Of a DNA stretch of 64,000 nucleotides, positions 36,672-45,549 are shown piece by piece. Source of the DNA: a virus (Duplodnaviria; Caudoviricetes); the IMG/VR virus record IMGVR_UViG_3300033121_000493, positions 128,001 through 192,000 of that record. One strand, written 5' to 3'. A program made the position numbers and the translations under genes. The notes beneath the pieces were generated by a model that did no database searches, was not told the origin of the DNA, and saw only the letters and a program-made list of their open reading frames with translations. Each line of letters begins with the position of its first letter. Position 1 is the first letter of the stretch.

Positions 36672-39600
36672 TCACTTTTTTGGTTTAGGCCACCAGCGCT
36701 CGTTTACGCCGAGCGCTTTTAATTGGTCAGCTGTAGGTTTTTCATCCCATCTAATACACAAACTCTTATCGGTTTCTAATCCAAAGCCATCAGGCATAAA
36801 AAGTTCTGGATTTACGTTGGCGTAAAGTCCATCACATATTTTTCTATCTGGTAAAGCAACTTTAGCGTTAGTAGTCATGCAACAATCTATGACGCCATCT
36901 GGTAACAACATAGCGTCGACATGCTGCGGAGCAACCTCTAACATCATAGCGTCATGAATACCCAACAACAGCCGGTATGGTAAATCAATTCCAGCCGCTT
37001 TTAACTGACGCCTAGTCATATAGAAATTGTACGTTGCCTTATTAAGACATTCGGCTACAAAAGACTGAATAGGAAAGTTACTGGCTTCACGCTCATTGGC
37101 AACTTGTAGCATCCTATCATCAGTCTTAGGAAATCTACGCAATCGCCCAAGTGCGTTTGCAACATAGCCGAGATTAGTAGCCGCCCATTTGCACTTATCT
37201 AAAAAGTATGCAACTAGATAAAACTCAGACAAAAATCCATTAATCATTATCTGCGCGTCAGATTCGGCAAGGAGTACCCCTTCTTGCTTTACCTCGCGGG
37301 AAATAGCAGCTGCGCCACGTCCGTATGGAATTCCAAAATTTACAGTTTTAGCTGCCACGCGCTTGTCTTCGGCTGTCGCTTCTACGAAGCCTTTGGGAGG
37401 ACCATGTAAGAATCCTGAATATGGCATTTTGAAACCTGCGATAGCGCGCTCAGCATGTAGATCTCTGCTCCACTTAGTGCGTGTGACTTTTATAGGTGTA
37501 GTAGTGGTGAATTGCTGCCACTTACTTCGATGATCGACGTATTCACCTATACTAACGCCAGCGGGAATAATATCATCATCTTTTACAGTAAACCCGCGAC
37601 AGTAGTCTGGGTGTAGCCACCCTACAATTTTATTGTTTGTAACATCGACTAACGTCTGGTATATCGGCTTCTCGGTTAGGGTATTCCAAAATTTAGTGTC
37701 ACCTGACACGACGGCCAAAGTCAACAACTCAGCCTGCTTATAGTCAGCCTGAATCATTACCATACCTGGCGTAGCCGTAAACACAGAGCGAATGCCGGGT
37801 GGTTTATTGTCTGCCGGAAAAAGACTCTGTAATTCACTTTCTCTACGTTTAGGTATATTTTGTAAATTAGGTTTTGACGAAGACCAACGACCAGTCTCAG
37901 TCATCTGATAGATTGACGTACGTATTCTATTATCTGGGTCTATATACGACAGTAACCCAGATTCTTCAATTTCACCAGTTGATTCGTCTACAGACGGAGT
38001 AGACGTAAACATTTTTATTACCTGGTCTACAAACTTAATCTTACGTAGCTTGTTAGCAAAAGGTGTTTGCTCTGCAAGAATACCAAGCGTTTCTTTATCT
38101 GTGCTGGGTGAGTGCGTAGCCTCCTCGTTTGCCGCTACTACTCTTGCCCAATCTTTTGCTGGTTTATCTGTAGTCTTAATCGGTATAAGTCCGCAGCATA
38201 CAGCGCCCTGCGGTCTAAGCCTGATTGTATTTCCATACTGGTCGCGCTTGCCATTGAGCTCTTCACCATACAAAAACTCTTTAACGTGCTGCACACTTCT
38301 AAAGTTAAACTCAGGCCATGCAATTTCACGCTTAAAGTCGTCAAAGAGCTCGTCGCGCTTACTGGTATACATTTGGGCAAGCTTTAGCAATCTATCTCTA
38401 TCGACATAGATGCCGTTAGCTTCCATTTCTTTAATACCAATACAGGCAAGCATATCGTTTTCAATACGCTCGCGTAGCGCGCTACCGAACGTTTGATTTG
38501 CGTCTAGTTCTTTATTTAGGCATTCGTCAATCCTAAACGTAGCGTCTACGTCAGTCATAGCGTATGGGTATAGCTCAAACTCTGGTATAAGGCCGTAGCC
38601 AGATACTGCTTCATCAGATAGTGACTTAAGCTTATCAAACCATGAATTAACACCGTTATCGTATCTAGGGATATCGGTGTATTTTAGAGTGAGCGTAGAT
38701 AGATCCTGCTTTTGCGACTCGTACAGCATATGATGCTTGATCATAGTGTCGAAGCCGTTAATGTATTGTTCGGTTAAATCAAATCCTAAATTGGCTAGTG
38801 CGTGCCAGTCGGCTCTAAAGTTGTGTCCACCTACAGATACGTTAGGACGCTCTAGTAGTCGCTTGAGCTCGGCTATAACTTGCTCAAATTCAGAGCTGGC
38901 AAAGTGCGGAATAAGTACGTTCAGCACTTCTACTGCGTTAGTATCCAAACTTGCAGAATACGTTACGAATTTATGCTTGCCAACAGGCACTCTGTAGCCA
39001 ATGTTATCTATGACGTCGGTATGAAAGGCTACTAGGTCTGAATTACGTAACTTTTTAATTGAACTCTCTACTATAGCGTCTCTGGTTACGCGAGCGTGTT
39101 TGTGAACAGGGATAAGAACCGCGTGACCAGAACAATCCGAAATTTGAATAGTTAGTAGTTTAAAGTCGGCATATGCGTTTTTGCCGTGCCACTCACAGTC
39201 AATAACGAACTTTTGTTTGCCGCTTTGAATACTATTGGTTACATATTCACGCACCTGCTCAACAGTACGTAGCTCTGAATAATCTAACTTAGCCTTCGCG
39301 CTAAGGGTATTGGTTACAAACTTGTAGCCGCGCAACAGATCTTGTGCTAGCGCGCTACGCAAATCTGGGTCACGCAATACAGCATTTGGGCTAAACGTAC
39401 CTAAAACGTTAAATGAAATCTGCTCATCGCCTACGGTTATGGTGTGTGGCTGTAACATTCCTCGACACGAGTTAACAGACGCCGACTTGCCGCAAAAATA
39501 CTTTATCGGCTCAGACCCCAGCGCTATAACAAGTTTAGGGCGGATAATGGCCAATTCAGCCCACAGTAGCCAGCTAGCTTCTTTGATGAATATCTGCTTT

Positions 39601-40082
39601 AGCGTACCAGGAACTGAATGCTTTACTAAACCTGTTACATAAGCGGTGTCAAGAAAATAAGGTATTCCAGCTTCTGCCAGAGCAGAACGCATTACGTGAC
39701 CTACTTCTCCGGACAAGTAATACTCTAGCATCTGGCTAGTAATCTCTGGTGTTTTGCAGACTACAACTACGTCTGCGCAACCTGGGGTCGGTCCACGCTT
39801 AAACGTAAACGTCGGAACTGTAAATAGCACAGTAGATGGATCGATGTTAGGAAAATTGATATGACCTGGAATGAAGTAAGCCGGTAAATCATTACCAGGC
39901 CCAGCACCATTTTCAATAGGTATATTATGTGGCACAGACAACAGGTTGTGCAACGTATCCGCCGCCGATTGGCCTGTAGCTGCGTTGCATAACAGAATAA
40001 ACTTAATAATGGAAGACTGTAATGGCGGACCATAAACTTGGCCGTCATCACCTATTAATTCTTGTATAAAATCAGGTGTCAT
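36672..40082 (-). CDS. family A DNA polymerase with N-terminal UDG-like domain and 3-5 exonuclease (SPO1-type architecture)
   Basis: ExoI FVIDCEW, ExoII GHNFRAD, ExoIII YAMTD; TETGRWSS..PNLQNIP; motif A ADYKQAE; motif B RVAAKTVNFGIPYG; NFPIQS; motif C IHDA; N-terminal AELAIIRPKLVIALG UDG-like fold. Confidence 0.95.
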   Translation of the reverse strand: MTPDFIQELIGDDGQVYGPPLQSSIIKFILLCNAATGQSAADTLHNLLSVPHNIPIENGAGPGNDLPAYFIPGHINFPNIDPSTVLFTVPTFTFKRGPTPGCADVVVVCKTPEITSQMLEYYLSGEVGHVMRSALAEAGIPYFLDTAYVTGLVKHSVPGTLKQIFIKEASWLLWAELAIIRPKLVIALGSEPIKYFCGKSASVNSCRGMLQPHTITVGDEQISFNVLGTFSPNAVLRDPDLRSALAQDLLRGYKFVTNTLSAKAKLDYSELRTVEQVREYVTNSIQSGKQKFVIDCEWHGKNAYADFKLLTIQISDCSGHAVLIPVHKHARVTRDAIVESSIKKLRNSDLVAFHTDVIDNIGYRVPVGKHKFVTYSASLDTNAVEVLNVLIPHFASSEFEQVIAELKRLLERPNVSVGGHNFRADWHALANLGFDLTEQYINGFDTMIKHHMLYESQKQDLSTLTLKYTDIPRYDNGVNSWFDKLKSLSDEAVSGYGLIPEFELYPYAMTDVDATFRIDECLNKELDANQTFGSALRERIENDMLACIGIKEMEANGIYVDRDRLLKLAQMYTSKRDELFDDFKREIAWPEFNFRSVQHVKEFLYGEELNGKRDQYGNTIRLRPQGAVCCGLIPIKTTDKPAKDWARVVAANEEATHSPSTDKETLGILAEQTPFANKLRKIKFVDQVIKMFTSTPSVDESTGEIEESGLLSYIDPDNRIRTSIYQMTETGRWSSSKPNLQNIPKRRESELQSLFPADNKPPGIRSVFTATPGMVMIQADYKQAELLTLAVVSGDTKFWNTLTEKPIYQTLVDVTNNKIVGWLHPDYCRGFTVKDDDIIPAGVSIGEYVDHRSKWQQFTTTTPIKVTRTKWSRDLHAERAIAGFKMPYSGFLHGPPKGFVEATAEDKRVAAKTVNFGIPYGRGAAAISREVKQEGVLLAESDAQIMINGFLSEFYLVAYFLDKCKWAATNLGYVANALGRLRRFPKTDDRMLQVANEREASNFPIQSFVAECLNKATYNFYMTRRQLKAAGIDLPYRLLLGIHDAMMLEVAPQHVDAMLLPDGVIDCCMTTNAKVALPDRKICDGLYANVNPELFMPDGFGLETDKSLCIRWDEKPTADQLKALGVNERWWPKPKK

Positions 40083-41095
40083 TTTATCACTTTTGCTATA
40101 GCGGCCTGTAGCTCTTCAGTAGTGTGGTCCCCAGGGTCTTTATCTGTCAAGCCAGCATCAGTGACCGACAAAAACGTGTCTGGCATAAACGGATCTTTAT
40201 TTGTAAGAGCATTTACAATTTTTTTAGCGTCATTACTAGCGTCAGGGTCGAGCATCACGATAATATGCTTACCTGCGCACGTAAGCTTTAGTAGTCGCAC
40301 CTGCTCAGTTGATATGGATTTACCGAACATGCACACGCCGCAGGCGCCAATTTTAGCTACGTCCATTACACCTTCAGATATTACTATTACGTTACAGTCT
40401 ACAGTATTGTGTAGATTGTAAAGCACACGGCTCTTTTGAAACCCGCGCATTGTCCAATACTTCGGTTTGTCTGTTGCGCTAAGGAGTGGTACTGCTCGTG
40501 TTTGACAGCCAACTAGATGTAGCCCATCGTCAAATTTATGATATACCGGAATTACAATTCGTTTGGATACCATGTATTCGGACGAATTTATGCAATACAA
40601 CCAACCAAACTGCCTGTCTATGAATTCTATGTCGAACCCGCGCGTCATTAAATATTCTATAGCTGGATGATCAGCATTAAGTTCAGTCAGTTTTACATAG
40701 TGACCTTCTGGTAACGTAACTTTGTTTATCGGTATAGTTGTATTTACTTCTTCAACATTACTCAATCGTACTTGCTTACCAAACGGCGGTGCGACCCTAT
40801 CGAGTACATCTGCGCCAAGCGGTTCATTACATCTATAGCAAATAGCTGTGTGTCTAATTTGAGTACTTGACACCGGGTCATAAGTACCTAGCAAGTACGA
40901 TATCCATAGTTTAAATTCAGTATCATGGCAATATGGGCAATTAACTCTATAGTATTCGCCACCGTGTACATTTATTCGCGTGCCTTTACCGTATTTAACA
41001 CGAGAGATAGTAGCACGAGTACCGTTACCTGTTACTTTAACCTGATTAAAATACGACTTTAGAGCCATATACAGAGTAGGGTTTAGTACTTCCAT
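40079..41095 (-). CDS. DNA primase (DnaG-like)
   Basis: Zinc finger CPYC...CYRC, YLMTRG, RIVIPV, PKY, TOPRIM SEGVMD and MLDPDA, KDPGD. Confidence 0.9.
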   Translation of the reverse strand: MEVLNPTLYMALKSYFNQVKVTGNGTRATISRVKYGKGTRINVHGGEYYRVNCPYCHDTEFKLWISYLLGTYDPVSSTQIRHTAICYRCNEPLGADVLDRVAPPFGKQVRLSNVEEVNTTIPINKVTLPEGHYVKLTELNADHPAIEYLMTRGFDIEFIDRQFGWLYCINSSEYMVSKRIVIPVYHKFDDGLHLVGCQTRAVPLLSATDKPKYWTMRGFQKSRVLYNLHNTVDCNVIVISEGVMDVAKIGACGVCMFGKSISTEQVRLLKLTCAGKHIIVMLDPDASNDAKKIVNALTNKDPFMPDTFLSVTDAGLTDKDPGDHTTEELQAAIAKVIK

Positions 41096-41097
41096 AA

Positions 41098-42510
41098 CTA
41101 CTCCACTACCGGTCCAATAGCGCCGTCACGTGCACTACGACCGTAGTCATTGTCTTCTTGTCGCATAAACGCACCAGTTGTTTCATTTTCCGTAAAACCT
41201 TCTGCTACGTCAACGCGGCATTTCCATCCGGCTACGTGCACGTGAATAGCTCGCGGCTGTGTCGTACGGCTACATGACAGATTCAACCACGCAATATTAT
41301 CTTCTGCGTTTCGTACGCCTAGCGCAGTTACGTCATGAAAATACTGAGGTAGCAACTTACATTCTGCTGCATCCATATGCGTAGGCTGCCGCAACGGATC
41401 TTTATTACCCTTAGCGTCCATCTGGTGAGCCATGATACCGGCAACATCGCACGCAGCTATAGTCTCAACAAAAGACTTAGACGCGTCGAGAATAAAATGT
41501 CGCATCTGCGTCTTGTCAGCGCCTTGCGCTGCCATATGGCTTGTTACCATAGGATACAAGTGATCGACTATTACTAACTTACCTAGTCTACCGGCTTCAT
41601 GTAACGACATAAGACATTGCTGTAATTCAGCCGGACCACCATGTCCTTGACCGCGCGTACCAGACATATCCACAAAATTGATTCTTTGATTAACATACGT
41701 TGCTGCTACTTGTAAGTCTTTTTGTATCACAGCAGGCATATCAGAAAATTTCTTACCGTTTAAATCGTCCAACTTATACTTATTCATAAACGATACGTAC
41801 ATCTTTGGAATTTGCTGAGCAGCTGGCTCTTCGTACGATACAAACGTTGCCCTGTTTTCCGGCGACATCTTGATAAAATCAGTTATTATGCTATGGGCTA
41901 GTGACGTTTTTCCGCCTTTCATTGGGCCAAGTAAACATATAGATTCTTTAAACCGTATACCGCCCATTAACTTATCGACAGGGCGATTCCCGGTCATAGT
42001 TCTAGCGCGTTCAGCAAACAGGTCTAAGCCCAGCGACGACAGGTCTTCAACCATTACCGAAGACACAATAGTGCGTTTAGCAACTTTAGATATGTCATCA
42101 AGTAACTGCGTATAGTTTCCGCCGCTAAATGCAACGCTGTTTAATTTAGGCGTAAGTTGTCGCTCTATTAAAAATTCGCGAAGCCAATCAGCTACAAAAT
42201 TGTAGCCAATAGATTCTTTTGGGTACGAGTAGATAGTAGCTAACGCCGTAGCTAGAACTTCAACGGTTACGCCGCTTTGTGGAAACTCTTCATTGATTAT
42301 TTTACCTACTTCAGCGCCAAATACTTCTACTGGAACTATTTGGCTATGTTTAGCAAAAAGTGTTCTGGATACACGCCAGAACACTAACGGCAACGTTTCA
42401 TTCGTAGCATCAAAGAGGTAGTCTTCAAGCTTGCCCGCTGCTGCCCGAATAGTTGCCGGGTCACGGACAAGATGAATGACCAGCACCCTCATCTGCTCTG
42501 CTGTTAGCAT
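41098..42510 (-). CDS. replicative helicase, DnaB/RecA-family
   Basis: GPMKGGKTS Walker A, FVSYE, VIVDHL Walker B, AHQM; adjacent to primase. Confidence 0.85.
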   Translation of the reverse strand: MLTAEQMRVLVIHLVRDPATIRAAAGKLEDYLFDATNETLPLVFWRVSRTLFAKHSQIVPVEVFGAEVGKIINEEFPQSGVTVEVLATALATIYSYPKESIGYNFVADWLREFLIERQLTPKLNSVAFSGGNYTQLLDDISKVAKRTIVSSVMVEDLSSLGLDLFAERARTMTGNRPVDKLMGGIRFKESICLLGPMKGGKTSLAHSIITDFIKMSPENRATFVSYEEPAAQQIPKMYVSFMNKYKLDDLNGKKFSDMPAVIQKDLQVAATYVNQRINFVDMSGTRGQGHGGPAELQQCLMSLHEAGRLGKLVIVDHLYPMVTSHMAAQGADKTQMRHFILDASKSFVETIAACDVAGIMAHQMDAKGNKDPLRQPTHMDAAECKLLPQYFHDVTALGVRNAEDNIAWLNLSCSRTTQPRAIHVHVAGWKCRVDVAEGFTENETTGAFMRQEDNDYGRSARDGAIGPVVE

Positions 42511-43153
42511 GCTGGGAGACTCCAGATAAAACGCCAGGAAAAACAGTATTTAGTGGTTTTACGTAGCCAGGATTAGTAGCAAGTTCTACTTTGGCACGTT
42601 CAAAAAATTTATTAGCTACGTCTGACAATCCAGCCCGCATAGCCGCGCAGTAGCGAAACAGCGGAGATAACGAATTACCGGTGTCCAGCAATACTTCAGC
42701 CGGGTCTCGGCCAATCGCCAAAAGTCCGGCCAAATGCGCAGCCTGTGAATGAATGTCAAAAATGTAGTCTACAGCTAGATTTTTTACATATGTTTGCGTC
42801 CTATGTACTGCAACCGGCCCTAGTAACATGTACGGGTACGGGTTGCGAACTTGAGTCAATAGAGCCCTTACATGTAAATCGTAAGGAAGACCATTAGCTA
42901 CACACAAGTCCGCCGCACTACGCCAAACGTGCTCGTGGTTTTTACTAGGGCGATAATGAGCGTAAGATCCACCGCGTGCCTGCATAGTCGTCGTATACAG
43001 GCGCTTGATTTTTAAAGCTAGGTCTTCCAGCTCAAGTGGTGATAACGCCTTGCGGTGTTCTGTATTCAATATTCCACCCTTTAGCCGAATAGCTTCTAAT
43101 TCTATCTTTGGATCTGCGTGCAAATCTATCGTCAAACTTATCGATGAAATCAA
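42461..43153 (-). CDS. hypothetical protein in replication operon (helicase loader candidate)
   Basis: Position between the SF2 and DnaB-like helicases; start uncertain. Confidence 0.5.
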   Translation of the reverse strand: MISSISLTIDLHADPKIELEAIRLKGGILNTEHRKALSPLELEDLALKIKRLYTTTMQARGGSYAHYRPSKNHEHVWRSAADLCVANGLPYDLHVRALLTQVRNPYPYMLLGPVAVHRTQTYVKNLAVDYIFDIHSQAAHLAGLLAIGRDPAEVLLDTGNSLSPLFRYCAAMRAGLSDVANKFFERAKVELATNPGYVKPLNTVFPGVLSGVSQHANSRADEGAGHSSCP

Positions 43154-44522
43154 CTAATAGGCCATATTTACCTCGCGCTAAACGGCCTGGGATTTGAGTA
43201 CTAGGAATCTCAGACGCCATAGCGTCGCAGCGAATTAGCACATCTAAATGTTTAAAGTCAACGCCCTGAGACCAAACGCCCGTGGCTATAGCCGTACGCA
43301 GCGCTCCGCGTTCAAAATTCTTACGATGCGTTTCTCGGCTTTTCTGATCGCATAGTACACGATCACCGGCCGGTAGTAAGCCTATATTCTTAAAATACGT
43401 TATTTGTTCATCGTCAACAGGGCCATGCACTATTTGCCACGTAGGTAGCAGCATTTTTAGTCTAAGCAGATGCTCTACCTTCGATGTAATGATAAGTACC
43501 TGCTTACCTTCAAGTTCATATTTTAGTGCTAATTTAGCTGCAAGACGGTTTCTAGGCTCGTTCGCCCAAATTCCAAATCGCTCTCGCAGCGTATCATCGT
43601 CGTACGGTATAGGGTCACCAGTTACAGTATACAAATGTACGTCGATAGAGGCAACGTTGCCTTCCGCCTGTGCCTGTGCGTACGTAATATCACAGATAGT
43701 AGGACCGAACATCGCTTCAGTTGCTAAATTAGACCCATCTGAACGTCCGGCTGGACTAGCAGAAAACCCAAACCGTCTGGCGTTTCGAACAGCCTGAATT
43801 TTTACGGATCTACCAGGCGACGCGGCTTCGTGTACTTCGTCGTAAATAAACAACGCACATTTTTCTGGCGAAGTGCTATGGAGAGAATCTACCGTGCATA
43901 CAGTCACGCGGCGCGATTCACCTTTACCGCCGCAACGTAAGCCTACCTGATGTGACGGTACAACACTTTTAACGCGCTCATATATCGACTTAACGACGTC
44001 TGTTCTATAACTTGTGATAGTAATAGGAATCGTAGGGTAGACCGCAGCAACTTGGCATATCAAAAAAGTTTTACCCCACGCAGTAGGACAACTTATGACG
44101 CCCATATCGTGGGATAATATTGCCTGCAACGCCTGCAACTGATCAGGGCGGTTAGCTAGCGCTGCGTGGTCAAGTAATTCCAGTTTAGGCGCTGGAAATA
44201 CCAAATTACGTAAATCTTGAAAATCAAACTTGACGTTTATCTTGGTCAGAAGATCAACAAACCGTTTAGTAAGTCCTGCCGGAAACAGAATTACCTTTTG
44301 ACCGTCATTTAAAGTGTTGAGCTGAGATAGCTTATGAGTTTCTACGACATACTTTTTACCGCCATTAACTTGTTTTGTTTTCCAGTCGGCCCTAACGCGC
44401 TTACTATAGCGTAGCAGCGCGTCTACAGTAGGATAGATGGTAGAAGCGCAGAGGCCATTTTGGCCCCGCGCTTCTACCAAAAATCCTGAACGGCGTAGCA
44501 AAATATTATTCATATGTACCAC
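43032..44522 (-). CDS. superfamily 2 DNA helicase (UvsW/XPB-like)
   Basis: RPDQ, CPTAWGKT, DEVHE, SASP, QGVD, QIPGRLAR. Confidence 0.9.
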   Translation of the reverse strand: MVHMNNILLRRSGFLVEARGQNGLCASTIYPTVDALLRYSKRVRADWKTKQVNGGKKYVVETHKLSQLNTLNDGQKVILFPAGLTKRFVDLLTKINVKFDFQDLRNLVFPAPKLELLDHAALANRPDQLQALQAILSHDMGVISCPTAWGKTFLICQVAAVYPTIPITITSYRTDVVKSIYERVKSVVPSHQVGLRCGGKGESRRVTVCTVDSLHSTSPEKCALFIYDEVHEAASPGRSVKIQAVRNARRFGFSASPAGRSDGSNLATEAMFGPTICDITYAQAQAEGNVASIDVHLYTVTGDPIPYDDDTLRERFGIWANEPRNRLAAKLALKYELEGKQVLIITSKVEHLLRLKMLLPTWQIVHGPVDDEQITYFKNIGLLPAGDRVLCDQKSRETHRKNFERGALRTAIATGVWSQGVDFKHLDVLIRCDAMASEIPSTQIPGRLARGKYGLLVDFIDKFDDRFARRSKDRIRSYSAKGWNIEYRTPQGVITT

Positions 44523-44532
44523 GATTAGAACA

Positions 44533-45549
44533 TTACGACACGGCGGCGTTGTAAGCCGTTTTGGCTACTGCGCGTTCTGCAGCAAAAAATCGAGTTTCGT
44601 TCATCGGAGCAATACTGTTACCCGAGTACATATAGTCCATCCATGACAAATAGATAAAGTTCAAAAGATGGATACCGTACTTAAACATTGCCGCAACAAC
44701 AGCATCGTACGGAGCTACACCCTCAGCTTGTAACTTTTGGGCATGCCGTAACGCGTAACGCGCAAAATAGAAACTAGGGTCTATAGCAGATGCAAACGAC
44801 AAACCTTTCAGCGAATCGTGCCACATTTTCAAAATCGCCATCCACAATCCACGCTCAGGCGATTCTAGCATGACAGCTGAGTCTGCGTCTACGTCATTGT
44901 TGGTTAACTCATCAGCAACAACGATACAAGCTTTACAAAATTTTGTTGTCGTGCGTGGACTACTTTTATCAAGGTACCACATAGGGTCAACAAAATTTTG
45001 AATTATGCTAGCTACCGTTAGAGGATTTATACCGTGAATCCAAGACACACGTTTCCACAGTCCGTGGTTAGACGTGGCGACAATTGCGTTAGTTATCTCT
45101 TTCTGCATACCGTTTTGCGCGGCCGCTAATATACTAGGAGTTAACGGTCGCCCATTTGACGTAGCAGACGCTATAAAAGCCTTATACTTATCAGAGCACG
45201 CTTTAGCGGTAAGAAGTACACGCGCATTCAGCACGTCAGTCTCAGACGCTTCTTTAAACCCGCCTAAATTTGTGGCAACCGGCTCAAACCAGGCTGCACG
45301 GATTGCATTATTGGCTTCTTCAAACGTAGTCGGAGGACTGTCTGTTGGAAAGACTACATAAACTCCAGTATCAAAATCATTTGTTTCGTAGAGCGCGTGC
45401 CAAATATCAATCAGTAAATTCGCGTTATTCGCTGTAGGAATAATGACATGCATTTTCTCTAACGTATGGATCTTACTGTACGAAGTCTTAAAAGTATCTA
45501 TATGTGTTTTGCCGGTGTTGTCGACAAAATGATGCGTGATTTCTGGCAT
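44533..45549 (-). CDS. hypothetical protein with HhH-like motif
   Basis: WIHGINPLTVASIIQNFVDPMWY; start overlaps the Rad50 stop (TAATG). Confidence 0.55.
   Translation of the reverse strand: MPEITHHFVDNTGKTHIDTFKTSYSKIHTLEKMHVIIPTANNANLLIDIWHALYETNDFDTGVYVVFPTDSPPTTFEEANNAIRAAWFEPVATNLGGFKEASETDVLNARVLLTAKACSDKYKAFIASATSNGRPLTPSILAAAQNGMQKEITNAIVATSNHGLWKRVSWIHGINPLTVASIIQNFVDPMWYLDKSSPRTTTKFCKACIVVADELTNNDVDADSAVMLESPERGLWMAILKMWHDSLKGLSFASAIDPSFYFARYALRHAQKLQAEGVAPYDAVVAAMFKYGIHLLNFIYLSWMDYMYSGNSIAPMNETRFFAAERAVAKTAYNAAVS

Noticed and set aside
37470-37680. Polymerase insertion as a mini-intein
   Set aside because: No Cys/Ser start with block A and no His-Asn plus nucleophile end
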